From: a virus
Lineage: Duplodnaviria > Caudoviricetes
Direction: 5' to 3' (one strand)
Length of the DNA stretch: 36,167 nt
IMG/VR virus record: IMGVR_UViG_3300030410_000026
Coordinates: 1-36,167 of that record
Of this stretch, positions 18,265 through 25,715 are shown in pieces (position 1 is the first letter of the stretch; each line of letters starts with the position of its first letter). Both the position numbers and the translations under genes were made by a program. The notes under the pieces were generated by a model, which ran no database searches, was not told the origin of the DNA, and saw nothing but the letters and a program-made list of their open reading frames with translations.

Positions 18265-18582
18265 ATGAACGGAAAAGAAATTGAAAGGCATAGATTAGAA
18301 CATAGGCTATCACAAAGAGAAATTTCAGAGGTTGTGGGATGTACGCCGAAAACCATTGGTAATTGGGAAAATAGTGTGGGAAGTCCTAACCCTATTCAAG
18401 TAGAGAAACTAAGAAAGCTATTTGGATTAGATATAGAGAACGAGGTTAAAAGCTTTACCGTAAAATTAGTGCAACAACTTTTAGACGACAAAATAATAGA
18501 TGATGCAAATACAATACCCCAAGAGATTATTGATATGATAATCGCAGCCTTAAAACTAGATATAAAAAACAGCACTAAATAG
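18265..18582 (+). CDS. second XRE HTH regulator, paralogue of 17374..17739
   Basis: LSQREISEVVGCTPKTIGNWEN; C-terminal LLDDKII...IIDMII like the first repressor. Confidence 0.85.
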   Translation: MNGKEIERHRLEHRLSQREISEVVGCTPKTIGNWENSVGSPNPIQVEKLRKLFGLDIENEVKSFTVKLVQQLLDDKIIDDANTIPQEIIDMIIAALKLDIKNSTK

Positions 18583-18598
18583 TTTGTGCTGTTTTTTT
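18564..18598. terminator. bidirectional intrinsic terminator
   Basis: AAAAAACAGCAC-10 nt-GTGCTGTTTTTT. Confidence 0.7.
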
Positions 18599-18691
18599 CA
18601 TTTGACCTATTAAATCTTTAATGTTTATTTTAGACAAGTCTATTTTGTACCTCGTTTTTAATTCCTGTATTTTCCTTTGTAGATTTTTCAC
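18575..18691 (-). CDS. 38-aa basic peptide under a LexA box (candidate antirepressor)
   Basis: GAGGGGTGA RBS, GTG start, MKNLQRKIQELKTRYKIDLSKINIKDLIGQMKKTAQTI. Confidence 0.55.
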   Translation of the reverse strand: MKNLQRKIQELKTRYKIDLSKINIKDLIGQMKKTAQTI

Positions 18692-18711
18692 GTTATCACC
18701 CCTCGATTAGA

Positions 18712-18753
18712 AGTATATTCCTTTATGTAAACAATTACAAGAACATTTGTTCG
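18712..18753 (-). promoter_or_regulatory. sigma-A promoter with a Gram-positive SOS (LexA/DinR) box
   Basis: GAAC-ATTT-GTTC at 18741-18752, next to minus-strand TTGTAA-17-TATACT. Confidence 0.7.
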
Positions 18754-18764
18754 ATTACTTTGCA

Positions 18765-18794
18765 TAAAAAAAGAGCAAAGATTAGTTTGCTCTT
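18765..18794 (-). terminator. terminator closing the small-gene array
   Basis: AAGAGCAAA/TTTGCTCTT stem plus T run on the minus strand. Confidence 0.7.
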
Positions 18795-18819
18795 GGATGG
18801 ATTATATTTGAAATGTGAA

Positions 18820-19083
18820 TTATTCAGTTCCATCTTTTTTAATAATTATTTTAGGAACTGATGTTAAGTATATTTTTTCTAACATTTTTTGAAACGGTTT
18901 TATTGCTTCTCTATATTCTTCTATTATTGCTTTTTCATATCCTGGTCTTGATAACTTTAAACATTCCGTAGCTGTTTTAGGTTGAAGTTTAGATTCATAT
19001 TGCTTACCAATAGATGTAATATACTCCTGTACTTTATTTATTGATTTTTGAGTTTCAAAATCATATTCATGTGTAATTTTCAC
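18820..19083 (-). CDS. hypothetical cassette gene
   Basis: 87 aa, AGGAGG RBS, GTG start. Confidence 0.7.
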   Translation of the reverse strand: MKITHEYDFETQKSINKVQEYITSIGKQYESKLQPKTATECLKLSRPGYEKAIIEEYREAIKPFQKMLEKIYLTSVPKIIIKKDGTE

Positions 19084-19129
19084 TTAATTATTCCTCCTTT
19101 TTAATTCGCCATATTTTTGAATTGTGAAA

Positions 19130-19360
19130 CTATTTATAATCATTACATTGTGGACATCTTGTAGGATTTTCAAATGTTCCAATAAGTTCTTTATTGTATA
19201 ATGTACAGTGCTTATCTTGCTTATAGGGACAATCTAATGCACAACAACCCGTATCCATTGTATCTACTTTTATATTAAATTCACTTATAATTGGACACGC
19301 ACATGTCATTCCTGCTCCACTTACTGCTGGTTTTACTATTTGTCCTCCAGTCTGTTTCAT
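19130..19360 (-). CDS. Cys-rich cassette gene
   Basis: 76 aa, eight Cys. Confidence 0.7.
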   Translation of the reverse strand: MKQTGGQIVKPAVSGAGMTCACPIISEFNIKVDTMDTGCCALDCPYKQDKHCTLYNKELIGTFENPTRCPQCNDYK

Positions 19361-19411
19361 TTTATTACTCCTTTCTTTTATTTCGCATTTTAATCAAACT
19401 CCGTAACACTT

Positions 19412-19635
19412 TTACTTATTACATTCTCCCCTAGCTTCTTCCATAGTAATCCCATCAAAAGCCAATTTTCTACCGCATATAGGGCAATAGTTTATCTCCA
19501 TACTAGCATTACCATCATTAGTTTGCCCGCTAAGCCAATACTCATCATTTTCTAGTGTTATATACAAGTCTACCCAATTACCTTGGACTATTCGCTTTTC
19601 TACCCCCTCTTTGATATTACATATACATTCTTTCT
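19412..19635 (-). pseudogene. cassette gene lacking a start codon ((M)KECICNIKEG...INYCPICGRKL...)
   Basis: Open frame with a YCPxCGRKL motif; its repeat copy reads TTACTAAAGAAA where others read TTACTAAATG. Confidence 0.6.
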
Positions 19636-19648
19636 TTAGTAACCCCCA

Positions 19649-19843
19649 TTATATTCCAAACTTTTCTCCACACCAGCAACAATAATTTTGTGAGCAATCC
19701 AAAACTATCTTTCCACACTCACTACAATAAGGCATTTCGAGTTCAATATTAGACGCCGTAATAGGTATTTCTTTTTTACACGTTTCACAAAATGCTTTTT
19801 CATCACCACAAATATATCTTTTTATCATTTTAAACTTAGCCAT
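19649..19843 (-). CDS. Zn-ribbon cassette gene
   Basis: CETC, CSEC, CCWCG; start MAKFK inside the repeat. Confidence 0.7.
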   Translation of the reverse strand: MAKFKMIKRYICGDEKAFCETCKKEIPITASNIELEMPYCSECGKIVLDCSQNYCCWCGEKFGI

Positions 19844-19873
19844 TTTAATAACTACCCCCATTATATTTAAAAC

Positions 19874-20050
19874 TTATTTTAATATTAATACCTCTGCTTT
19901 TACAATTAACTTCGCCATACATTTCTTGCATAGCCTAAAAGTAGATGTCTGACTATCGCTTAAACCTACTGATATACTAAAAACTTCATCATTTGAATTA
20001 CAGGAAGAACAACAAATATAGTTCTTGCCTACACCTTTAATCTCTATCAT
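19874..20050 (-). CDS. 58-aa Zn-finger-like cassette gene
   Basis: Read by hand: CSSC...LCKKC; GGAGG RBS. Confidence 0.65.
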   Translation of the reverse strand: MIEIKGVGKNYICCSSCNSNDEVFSISVGLSDSQTSTFRLCKKCMAKLIVKAEVLILK

Positions 20051-20086
20051 TTAACTACCTCCATTGTGGGTACTACCACATATCTA

Positions 20087-20326
20087 TTAATCAGTAATTT
20101 TTATAACGCCGTCCTGGATAACTTCGTATACTTTTAATCCACATAAGGTAAGTTCAAACCCATCATCTTCAGTTCTATTCATAACGATTTTACACTGTGT
20201 CTTTAATAGAGCTACTAGGCTTTCACTTATAAATATAGTTTTAGGATTAATGCCTTGATGGTCGCATCTGTAATCATGTATTAGCCTTTGAACAGTTTCG
20301 ATTATGTTACTATCATATTCATTCAT
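20087..20326 (-). CDS. hypothetical cassette gene
   Basis: 79 aa, starts in the repeat. Confidence 0.7.
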   Translation of the reverse strand: MNEYDSNIIETVQRLIHDYRCDHQGINPKTIFISESLVALLKTQCKIVMNRTEDDGFELTLCGLKVYEVIQDGVIKITD

Positions 20327-20349
20327 TTAGTAAGCACCTCCATTATATT

Positions 20350-20598
20350 TCAAACTTTTTTAATAAATTCCCCAATGAAGTCTATATATTCATCTTCCTC
20401 TTCATTAGTTTCTATTTTCTTGGAACTATCAGTATTTAATATCAAACAAGGTTCAATAACCCCGAAAAACCCATAAGTAGATAATTCCACTTGTTCTAGT
20501 TCCTGAATGTTTCCAAATATATTGTTTGAGTTTCTTATAAAAATTTCAGTTCCATCTTCAATTTTAGTAAGTAATTCTCTCAATCTTTCTACTTTCAT
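20350..20598 (-). CDS. hypothetical cassette gene
   Basis: 82 aa, starts in the repeat. Confidence 0.7.
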   Translation of the reverse strand: MKVERLRELLTKIEDGTEIFIRNSNNIFGNIQELEQVELSTYGFFGVIEPCLILNTDSSKKIETNEEEDEYIDFIGEFIKKV

Positions 20599-20620
20599 TT
20601 AGTAAGCACCCCCATTATAT

Positions 20621-20788
20621 TTATTTATTTTCGTTTAATATTTCTAATGCTAAGTTTAACCCAGTTTTTTCACCTAATAGTTCCATCACTTTTAAATCTG
20701 TCAAATTTGAATCTTTCCTATTGTCTATGTGAATTTGAATTAATTCTGCCTTACGTTTTATTTCACTAATAGCTTTCATAATTTTCAT
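20621..20788 (-). CDS. 55-aa cassette gene
   Basis: Read by hand (MKIMKAISEI...LNENK); spans exactly repeat to repeat. Confidence 0.65.
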   Translation of the reverse strand: MKIMKAISEIKRKAELIQIHIDNRKDSNLTDLKVMELLGEKTGLNLALEILNENK

Positions 20789-20820
20789 TTAGTTACTACC
20801 TCCATTATATTTAAAAATAT

Positions 20821-20994
20821 TTATTCTTCTGAAATTCTGCCCTCTTTTCCTAATCTTTGCATAACTTCCAGTAATAATACTCCTACTTTGCATATTTCAT
20901 CATCATTCATCATTGGTATTAATTTATGACTTATTTTTATTAAATCTCTCTTCCTAGCCATTGTACTTTTTACTTTATATATTTCATTTAACAT
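20821..20994 (-). CDS. 57-aa cassette gene
   Basis: Read by hand (MLNEIYKV...RISEE); spans repeat to repeat. Confidence 0.65.
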   Translation of the reverse strand: MLNEIYKVKSTMARKRDLIKISHKLIPMMNDDEICKVGVLLLEVMQRLGKEGRISEE

Positions 20995-21016
20995 TTAGTA
21001 AGCACCCCCATTATAT

Positions 21017-21277
21017 TTAAAAATTTGTGCAATGCCCTGTATTATCTATGTTCAAATGGTGTGTAGTGCATCTATCATCAACGTTATATTCGCACTTAGC
21101 GTTACAAAATATCATTTGCTCAACCTTTTCTCCCTTTAGATATTCCTCTGCATCTCTTATGTCCGAAAAGCTTTTAAACTCCATACCTTGAAATCCTTTT
21201 GTTAAGTCAGAACATTCAGCCCATGTTTCAACTATTACGTTATTTTTTCTACCTTTTTTGATAGCATATAATTTCAT
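21017..21277 (-). CDS. RNase H1 N-terminal (viroplasmin-like) domain plus short Cys motif
   Basis: KLYAIKKGRK...TWAEC...GFQGMEFKSF...AEEYL; C-terminal CNAKCEYN...C. Confidence 0.75.
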   Translation of the reverse strand: MKLYAIKKGRKNNVIVETWAECSDLTKGFQGMEFKSFSDIRDAEEYLKGEKVEQMIFCNAKCEYNVDDRCTTHHLNIDNTGHCTNF

Positions 21278-21306
21278 ATATTTATCCTCCTTGTAATGTT
21301 GCCTAA

Positions 21307-21335
21307 GTTATACCATCTTTGGTATACATTATAAA
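21307..21335 (-). promoter_or_regulatory. putative sigma-A promoter heading the small-gene array
   Basis: TTTATA-17-TATAAC with extended TG; overlaps inverted repeat TATACC/GGTATA. Confidence 0.5.
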
Positions 21336-21514
21336 GGGTAACAGTTTCCGTTACTGTGAGCTAGTTCCTTCAAAAATAGGATAAATCACCCTGCAATTAC
21401 CATATAGCCAAGCTTTAGGCGATATTAACAGTAACAGTTTTCGTTACTGCAATCCAATAAATTGATGGCTACAGTAACAGTTTTCGTTACTGTCAGTAAC
21501 AGTTTTCGTTACTG
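21336..21514. repeat. four 21-bp iterons with inverted arms, CAGTAAC-AGTTTTC-GTTACTG
   Basis: Exact copies at 21429, 21472 and 21494; variant at 21336. Confidence 0.9.
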
Positions 21515-21528
21515 TAAATAATTTTATA

Positions 21529-21978
21529 TTATGTACAGCCTCTTGAGACCCCACGTTTCCATTCATTTTTAATAACAAACTTTTCAGTACCATAATAACT
21601 CCACATATCACTAAATCCATATATATTACATTCTCTTGTTGCGTATCTATACTCAACAACTTTAACAAATCCTAGCTTGATTAAATTGTCTATACTGTTT
21701 TGAAATGTACTCATACCCATCTTTATGGTCCATAGTTGGCTTTCGTCAAGTCCTAAATATTCTTTCTTAGGTATACTTATATTATTTTTATTGCTATTTA
21801 TATAAACATATTTCACGTAATTGGCTGAATATTTTTTAAGCATATATAGATAAAGTTTAATATCATTTCCGCTTAGTTCTCCCCATGCTTTACTTTCCAT
21901 CATGTCAAAATAAATAGCGTCCATTCTCCCACCTTTAGTACTTTGAAATTTTTGGTAGTTTTGTCTCTTTTTCGCCAT
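21529..21978 (-). CDS. winged-HTH Rep-like protein
   Basis: AWGELSGNDIKLYLYM...STFQNSIDNLIKLGFVKV; next to iterons. Confidence 0.6.
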   Translation of the reverse strand: MAKKRQNYQKFQSTKGGRMDAIYFDMMESKAWGELSGNDIKLYLYMLKKYSANYVKYVYINSNKNNISIPKKEYLGLDESQLWTIKMGMSTFQNSIDNLIKLGFVKVVEYRYATRECNIYGFSDMWSYYGTEKFVIKNEWKRGVSRGCT

Positions 21979-22022
21979 ATTATCCCCCTTGTATTTTAGG
22001 GAATAAATGATATACTTACATT

Positions 22023-22085
22023 ATAATTAAAAGTAAATATATAATTCATCCGTTTGCCAGTGTGACCGCACTGGTTTTATTTTTT
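22023..22085 (+). ncRNA. predicted antisense (copy-control) RNA
   Basis: Plus-strand TTGTAT-16-TATACT with extended TG at 21989-22016; CCAGTG/CACTGG hairpin plus T run at 22057-22085; ends approximate. Confidence 0.55.
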
Positions 22086-22238
22086 GCCATCAATCCACTT
22101 ATTCACCTCATCAGCATCGAACCTTACAAGCTTACCAAGTTTCTTAAAAGGTAATCCTTCCTTCCTCCACCTTTCTACTGTTTGCCTTGATACGTTTAAA
22201 TTCTTGGCTACATCATTAGTTGTTAATAACTCATACAT
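22077..22238 (-). CDS. 53-aa excisionase/MerR-like HTH protein (Cop-like)
   Basis: Read by hand: LLTTNDVAKNLNVSRQTVERWRKEGLPFKKLGKLVRFDADEVNKWI; AGGAG RBS; TTGCAA-17-TACTAT upstream. Confidence 0.8.
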   Translation of the reverse strand: MYELLTTNDVAKNLNVSRQTVERWRKEGLPFKKLGKLVRFDADEVNKWIDGKK

Positions 22239-22391
22239 ATAATCACTCCTTATAAACGCATAGTATCACAACGTATACAATGTTGCAATACTATTTCCAA
22301 TGTTCCAACTATTAAACCTTGATTTTATTTGCTTTTTCTATAAATTTGAAATATGGAACTCTTTAATACTCAATTATTAAACTATTTTAAA

Positions 22392-22424
22392 AATAATACT
22401 TTAATAATACTTTAATAATACTTT
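22392..22424. repeat. 3 x 11-bp tandem repeat AATAATACTTT
   Basis: Three exact units; related GTAATACT units at 22990 and 23001. Confidence 0.8.
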
Positions 22425-22428
22425 GGTA

Positions 22429-22968
22429 TTACTTCTTATATTTTGTATAGAACTCGAAAATAGCTAAACTCATTAAGTCTTGTCTTTTTATACCACTGTA
22501 ACTACTACATAACAAATCAAACAATTTATAAATAGGCTCATACACTTTTATAGATTTGGCTGTAATAGTTGTCTGTAATTCCAATGGCAGCGTGTTAATA
22601 TCGAGCTGAGGTATGTCGATTACATTAATATTACTTTTGTAATACTTTAGCATTTCTAATATATCTTCTTTGTGTTCTATGAGTTCCGAAATGTCGTCAT
22701 ACTTTTGTAATTCTATAGTATTACTATAACTTACAGGTGCTCTCCTGGGGCTGATTTGATAAGGTTGTATTACTAAAGTAGTATCTTTGGCATACTGCTT
22801 TGTAATAGCGTTAAAGACATACCCAACCTTTAAAAATCTCTCTCTAACTGTACTTCGACTTATCCCGATCGAGATACATATTGTCGTTAAAGTTTGTGCT
22901 ATTAAATTGCTATTCATATACTCTATTTGTTCATCAATCCCCATGTTGTCAAATTCAAATTTATTCAT
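22429..22968 (-). CDS. plasmid-type DNA-binding protein (HTH plus RHH-like), partition candidate
   Basis: TLTTICISIGISRSTVRERF HTH; C-terminal SIKVY...QDLMSLAIFEF; flanked by TAATAC repeats. Confidence 0.6.
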   Translation of the reverse strand: MNKFEFDNMGIDEQIEYMNSNLIAQTLTTICISIGISRSTVRERFLKVGYVFNAITKQYAKDTTLVIQPYQISPRRAPVSYSNTIELQKYDDISELIEHKEDILEMLKYYKSNINVIDIPQLDINTLPLELQTTITAKSIKVYEPIYKLFDLLCSSYSGIKRQDLMSLAIFEFYTKYKK

Positions 22969-23152
22969 TTTATTTCCCCCTTTTTATTTGTAATACTAAA
23001 GTAATACTTTTATATTACCACGCTATTGGCTTATATGTAAATGAAGAATAGAATGAAATTGCAAGTAAGGTAATGCCTTACAAAAACATGATCAGTGAAC
23101 CCACACTATAAAAGGGAATTTTATTTTAAAAGGCCTGGGATAGAATACATTC

Positions 23153-25519
23153 TTAGCCTTTTTTGTTGCATAAAAAAAGAAGCTTGTTAGGCTCCTTAAA
23201 GGGTAGTTTAGATATAAAACTTGCATAGCCACGAGAATAATAGATTAGATTTAGAGAATTAAACTTTTCCATATCTCTTAAATCTTCAAACTCAAACCCT
23301 ATTAATTTGTTTTCATATCGCTTAAAGTCCTTTTCGCTTGTGCCTGTCATAAACATAAAACTTGCCCCTGCCCCTTCTAATGTATCTATTAATATATCAA
23401 TCTGCCCTGTGTATTGGCATGATAAAATAAACTTGCAACCAAACTTTCTTGTCTGCGGAAGAATTTCATCATCACTAAGCATTTGCATAGCTGTTTTCGT
23501 TTGAAAGATTTCATCAATACATATATGGGTAGGCTTAGGCTGTTTATTCCATTTACCTCTTATCTCTGTAGCAATCCATATTTTAGAGAGTAAAAAAGTA
23601 GTTATAACATTCTTAGAGTGCTTTTTAAAAGCATCTTGTGGCATACGCACAATTATAATTTTGCCCTTTTCAAGTTCTTCGGCAAAATCAATATTACCTT
23701 GTGAACCCCGGTTAAACATATACTTTAATTTAAAATCCTCCCTTAATAAGCTTATTCTATCTAGTATACTGTCTATGTGGTCTATTTTAGTGCCTATTAC
23801 ATACGCTGTAGGCTCTTTAGCAGTTATCTTAGAGTATTCGTCTATGTCATGCAAACCTTTAACCTCGTCCTCTAAAAACGTTGCTTCGTCTATAGTCAAT
23901 TTATTAATATATGCTTCTCTTACCTGAAAATCTTCTAAGCATCTTACAACTTCTTTTAAACTACTTTCCCCTGTGGCGAATACTACATTGGCTGCGGCAC
24001 TTAAATATTTCCGCATACGAGATTGTAATGGTTGTTCGGGATTTATGCTATCTACAAAAGTTAATACTTGCTGTGCTTGACGATTAGTCAACTCTAATTT
24101 ATCAAAAGTGTTCATATTAGGATCTATTTTATATTCATTAAAAGCGAATCCCTGTATGCACTCTGGTTTAGTATAATCTAAAACGATAACATCTTCTTTA
24201 GGCAAATAGTTAATTACTTCTTGCGACATTTCACAATTTTTAATAAAATCTATTATTACGCCTCCCTCTTTTCGAGTATTTACAAACCTATAGTAATTAG
24301 CCATAAAGGTACTTTTGCCACTCCCTTGTGAACCATTTAGTATAAGAGGCAAACTCCCCTTATCATATTTATCTTCTAAATAAGCTTCTTGCCTATCTCC
24401 CTTGCACTTAACTGTACCTAAGGATATATAACCATGGTCTAATTCTTTAGGTACCTGAACTTCGTTAACTTCTGTATGTTTTATCCCTAAACTTCTCATT
24501 AAGTTTCGTCCTGGTTGGCTAATAAAGTTTTGGCACTCGTCCATGCTAAAAGTATTTTCATCTACGTTTTTAAATTTATAGTCCTCTACATCAATAATTC
24601 CATTCGGTTTTACCTTTTTGGATATTAGTTCATTGTCCTCGTCTAAAATTCTAAAAGCTTGGCAAACTACCTGTGCATTATTTTCTTGCCTCGTTTTATC
24701 TACGCTATTAGTAGCAATCATTATTTGTGCATCTATTACAGTGGCTTCTTTTTTCATATTCGTAGAATTACTCAATCTTTTATTAACCTCTAAAATATTT
24801 GAGGTAACAAGCAACTCGCTAAAAACTGTATTAATCTTTTCTTCACTCCCTGTGAAATCTTGGAATACTTTTAAAATACTATTAAAAATATAATTCATAA
24901 AACTTAAAACTGATTTTATTAAGTATTCAGGAGTTTTTTTATCCTTTACGATTATTTGCATATCCTCTATTTTCTTTCGAGTATCAGAATATTTCTTTTG
25001 CCAATTAAACTGTGACTTAGGTAAAAAATTATAAATTAGTGTTACCCTATCATCATCTCTCATTATCTCCATTACTGCTAGGATTGAGTTTAAAGGTTCG
25101 TTACTTTTACGGTCCACTTGCAAACTTAAAGCATCTTCTTTTTTATAATTAAGCTGATAATAAATAGTATTAGTGTTAAAAGATTCTAACTTAGGGACTA
25201 TATTTAATTCTACCTTGCTCCATATTTCTCTAATCTTTTCAATTATGATATTTAAGTAAACTTCGGGTGCAATAAAATAAAAGCTAGTATCTGTTTTCTT
25301 AATGTCTATAACATAGCTTATCTTAAAATTTGTTTCAAAGAAAAGCTTCTTTTGCTCTACCTTTATACGCCTGCTAATTGACTTGTAAGCGTGTTGAATT
25401 GCTTTGACTATATTAGTGCTATTATAGTTTCTCGTTGCCTTATGGGGTGTTATTTGGAGATATACGTACTTTGGCTTAATTAACTGAAAGTATTTATTAA
25501 CTGGCATAGAAATACTCAT
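23153..25519 (-). CDS. VirB4/VirD4/FtsK-HerA superfamily P-loop ATPase
   Basis: GSQGSGKST, VIIDF, HICIDE, RKFG..ILSCQY. Confidence 0.8.
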   Translation of the reverse strand: MSISMPVNKYFQLIKPKYVYLQITPHKATRNYNSTNIVKAIQHAYKSISRRIKVEQKKLFFETNFKISYVIDIKKTDTSFYFIAPEVYLNIIIEKIREIWSKVELNIVPKLESFNTNTIYYQLNYKKEDALSLQVDRKSNEPLNSILAVMEIMRDDDRVTLIYNFLPKSQFNWQKKYSDTRKKIEDMQIIVKDKKTPEYLIKSVLSFMNYIFNSILKVFQDFTGSEEKINTVFSELLVTSNILEVNKRLSNSTNMKKEATVIDAQIMIATNSVDKTRQENNAQVVCQAFRILDEDNELISKKVKPNGIIDVEDYKFKNVDENTFSMDECQNFISQPGRNLMRSLGIKHTEVNEVQVPKELDHGYISLGTVKCKGDRQEAYLEDKYDKGSLPLILNGSQGSGKSTFMANYYRFVNTRKEGGVIIDFIKNCEMSQEVINYLPKEDVIVLDYTKPECIQGFAFNEYKIDPNMNTFDKLELTNRQAQQVLTFVDSINPEQPLQSRMRKYLSAAANVVFATGESSLKEVVRCLEDFQVREAYINKLTIDEATFLEDEVKGLHDIDEYSKITAKEPTAYVIGTKIDHIDSILDRISLLREDFKLKYMFNRGSQGNIDFAEELEKGKIIIVRMPQDAFKKHSKNVITTFLLSKIWIATEIRGKWNKQPKPTHICIDEIFQTKTAMQMLSDDEILPQTRKFGCKFILSCQYTGQIDILIDTLEGAGASFMFMTGTSEKDFKRYENKLIGFEFEDLRDMEKFNSLNLIYYSRGYASFISKLPFKEPNKLLFLCNKKG

Positions 25520-25707
25520 TTGAAAGCACTCCCTAACATTTTTATTAGTGCATATACGGCTATACTCGCAGGAGCATACTTAGCACACCTTTTAAACCCT
25601 ATTGCATAAAATATTAATGAGAATAAAGCTACTGATAAACATACCCAGTAAGATAAGCTACTTATATTTTGCTTAACATAATCTATTGTTTTAAATAAAG
25701 TGACCAT
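25516..25707 (-). CDS. small two-helix membrane protein
   Basis: 63 aa, hydrophobic, ATGA-coupled to the ATPase. Confidence 0.75.
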   Translation of the reverse strand: MVTLFKTIDYVKQNISSLSYWVCLSVALFSLIFYAIGFKRCAKYAPASIAVYALIKMLGSAFK

Positions 25708-25715
25708 AATACCTC

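Larger units (their letters stand above)
18794..21030 (-). repeat. array of about 10 inter-gene sites (RBS-containing repeats and dif-like 28-mers)
   Basis: Copies at 18794, 19103, 19380, 19635, 19841, 20048, 20324, 20596, 20786, 20992; the 20596 and 20992 copies share 28 identical bp. Confidence 0.85.

Noticed and set aside
17238-18356. Minus-strand ORFs 17238..17459 and 18075..18356
   Set aside because: They overlap the two repressor genes and their AT-rich promoter regions in antisense; no convincing RBS.
19635-21021. Regularly spaced ~28-bp repeats as a CRISPR array
   Set aside because: Intervals are about 190-280 bp and are complete ORFs; the repeats contain RBS and ATG; no cas genes in the window.
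21429-21514. 21-bp repeats as a mini-CRISPR, and ORF 21444..21668 as a gene
   Set aside because: Gaps of 22 and 1 bp are not spacer-like; the ORF overlaps the Rep-like gene in another frame and simply translates the repeats.
22077-22238. Excisionase implying an integrating prophage
   Set aside because: No integrase or att-like context in the window; its position before a Rep-like gene and iterons fits a copy-control role better. An integrase outside the window is not excluded.
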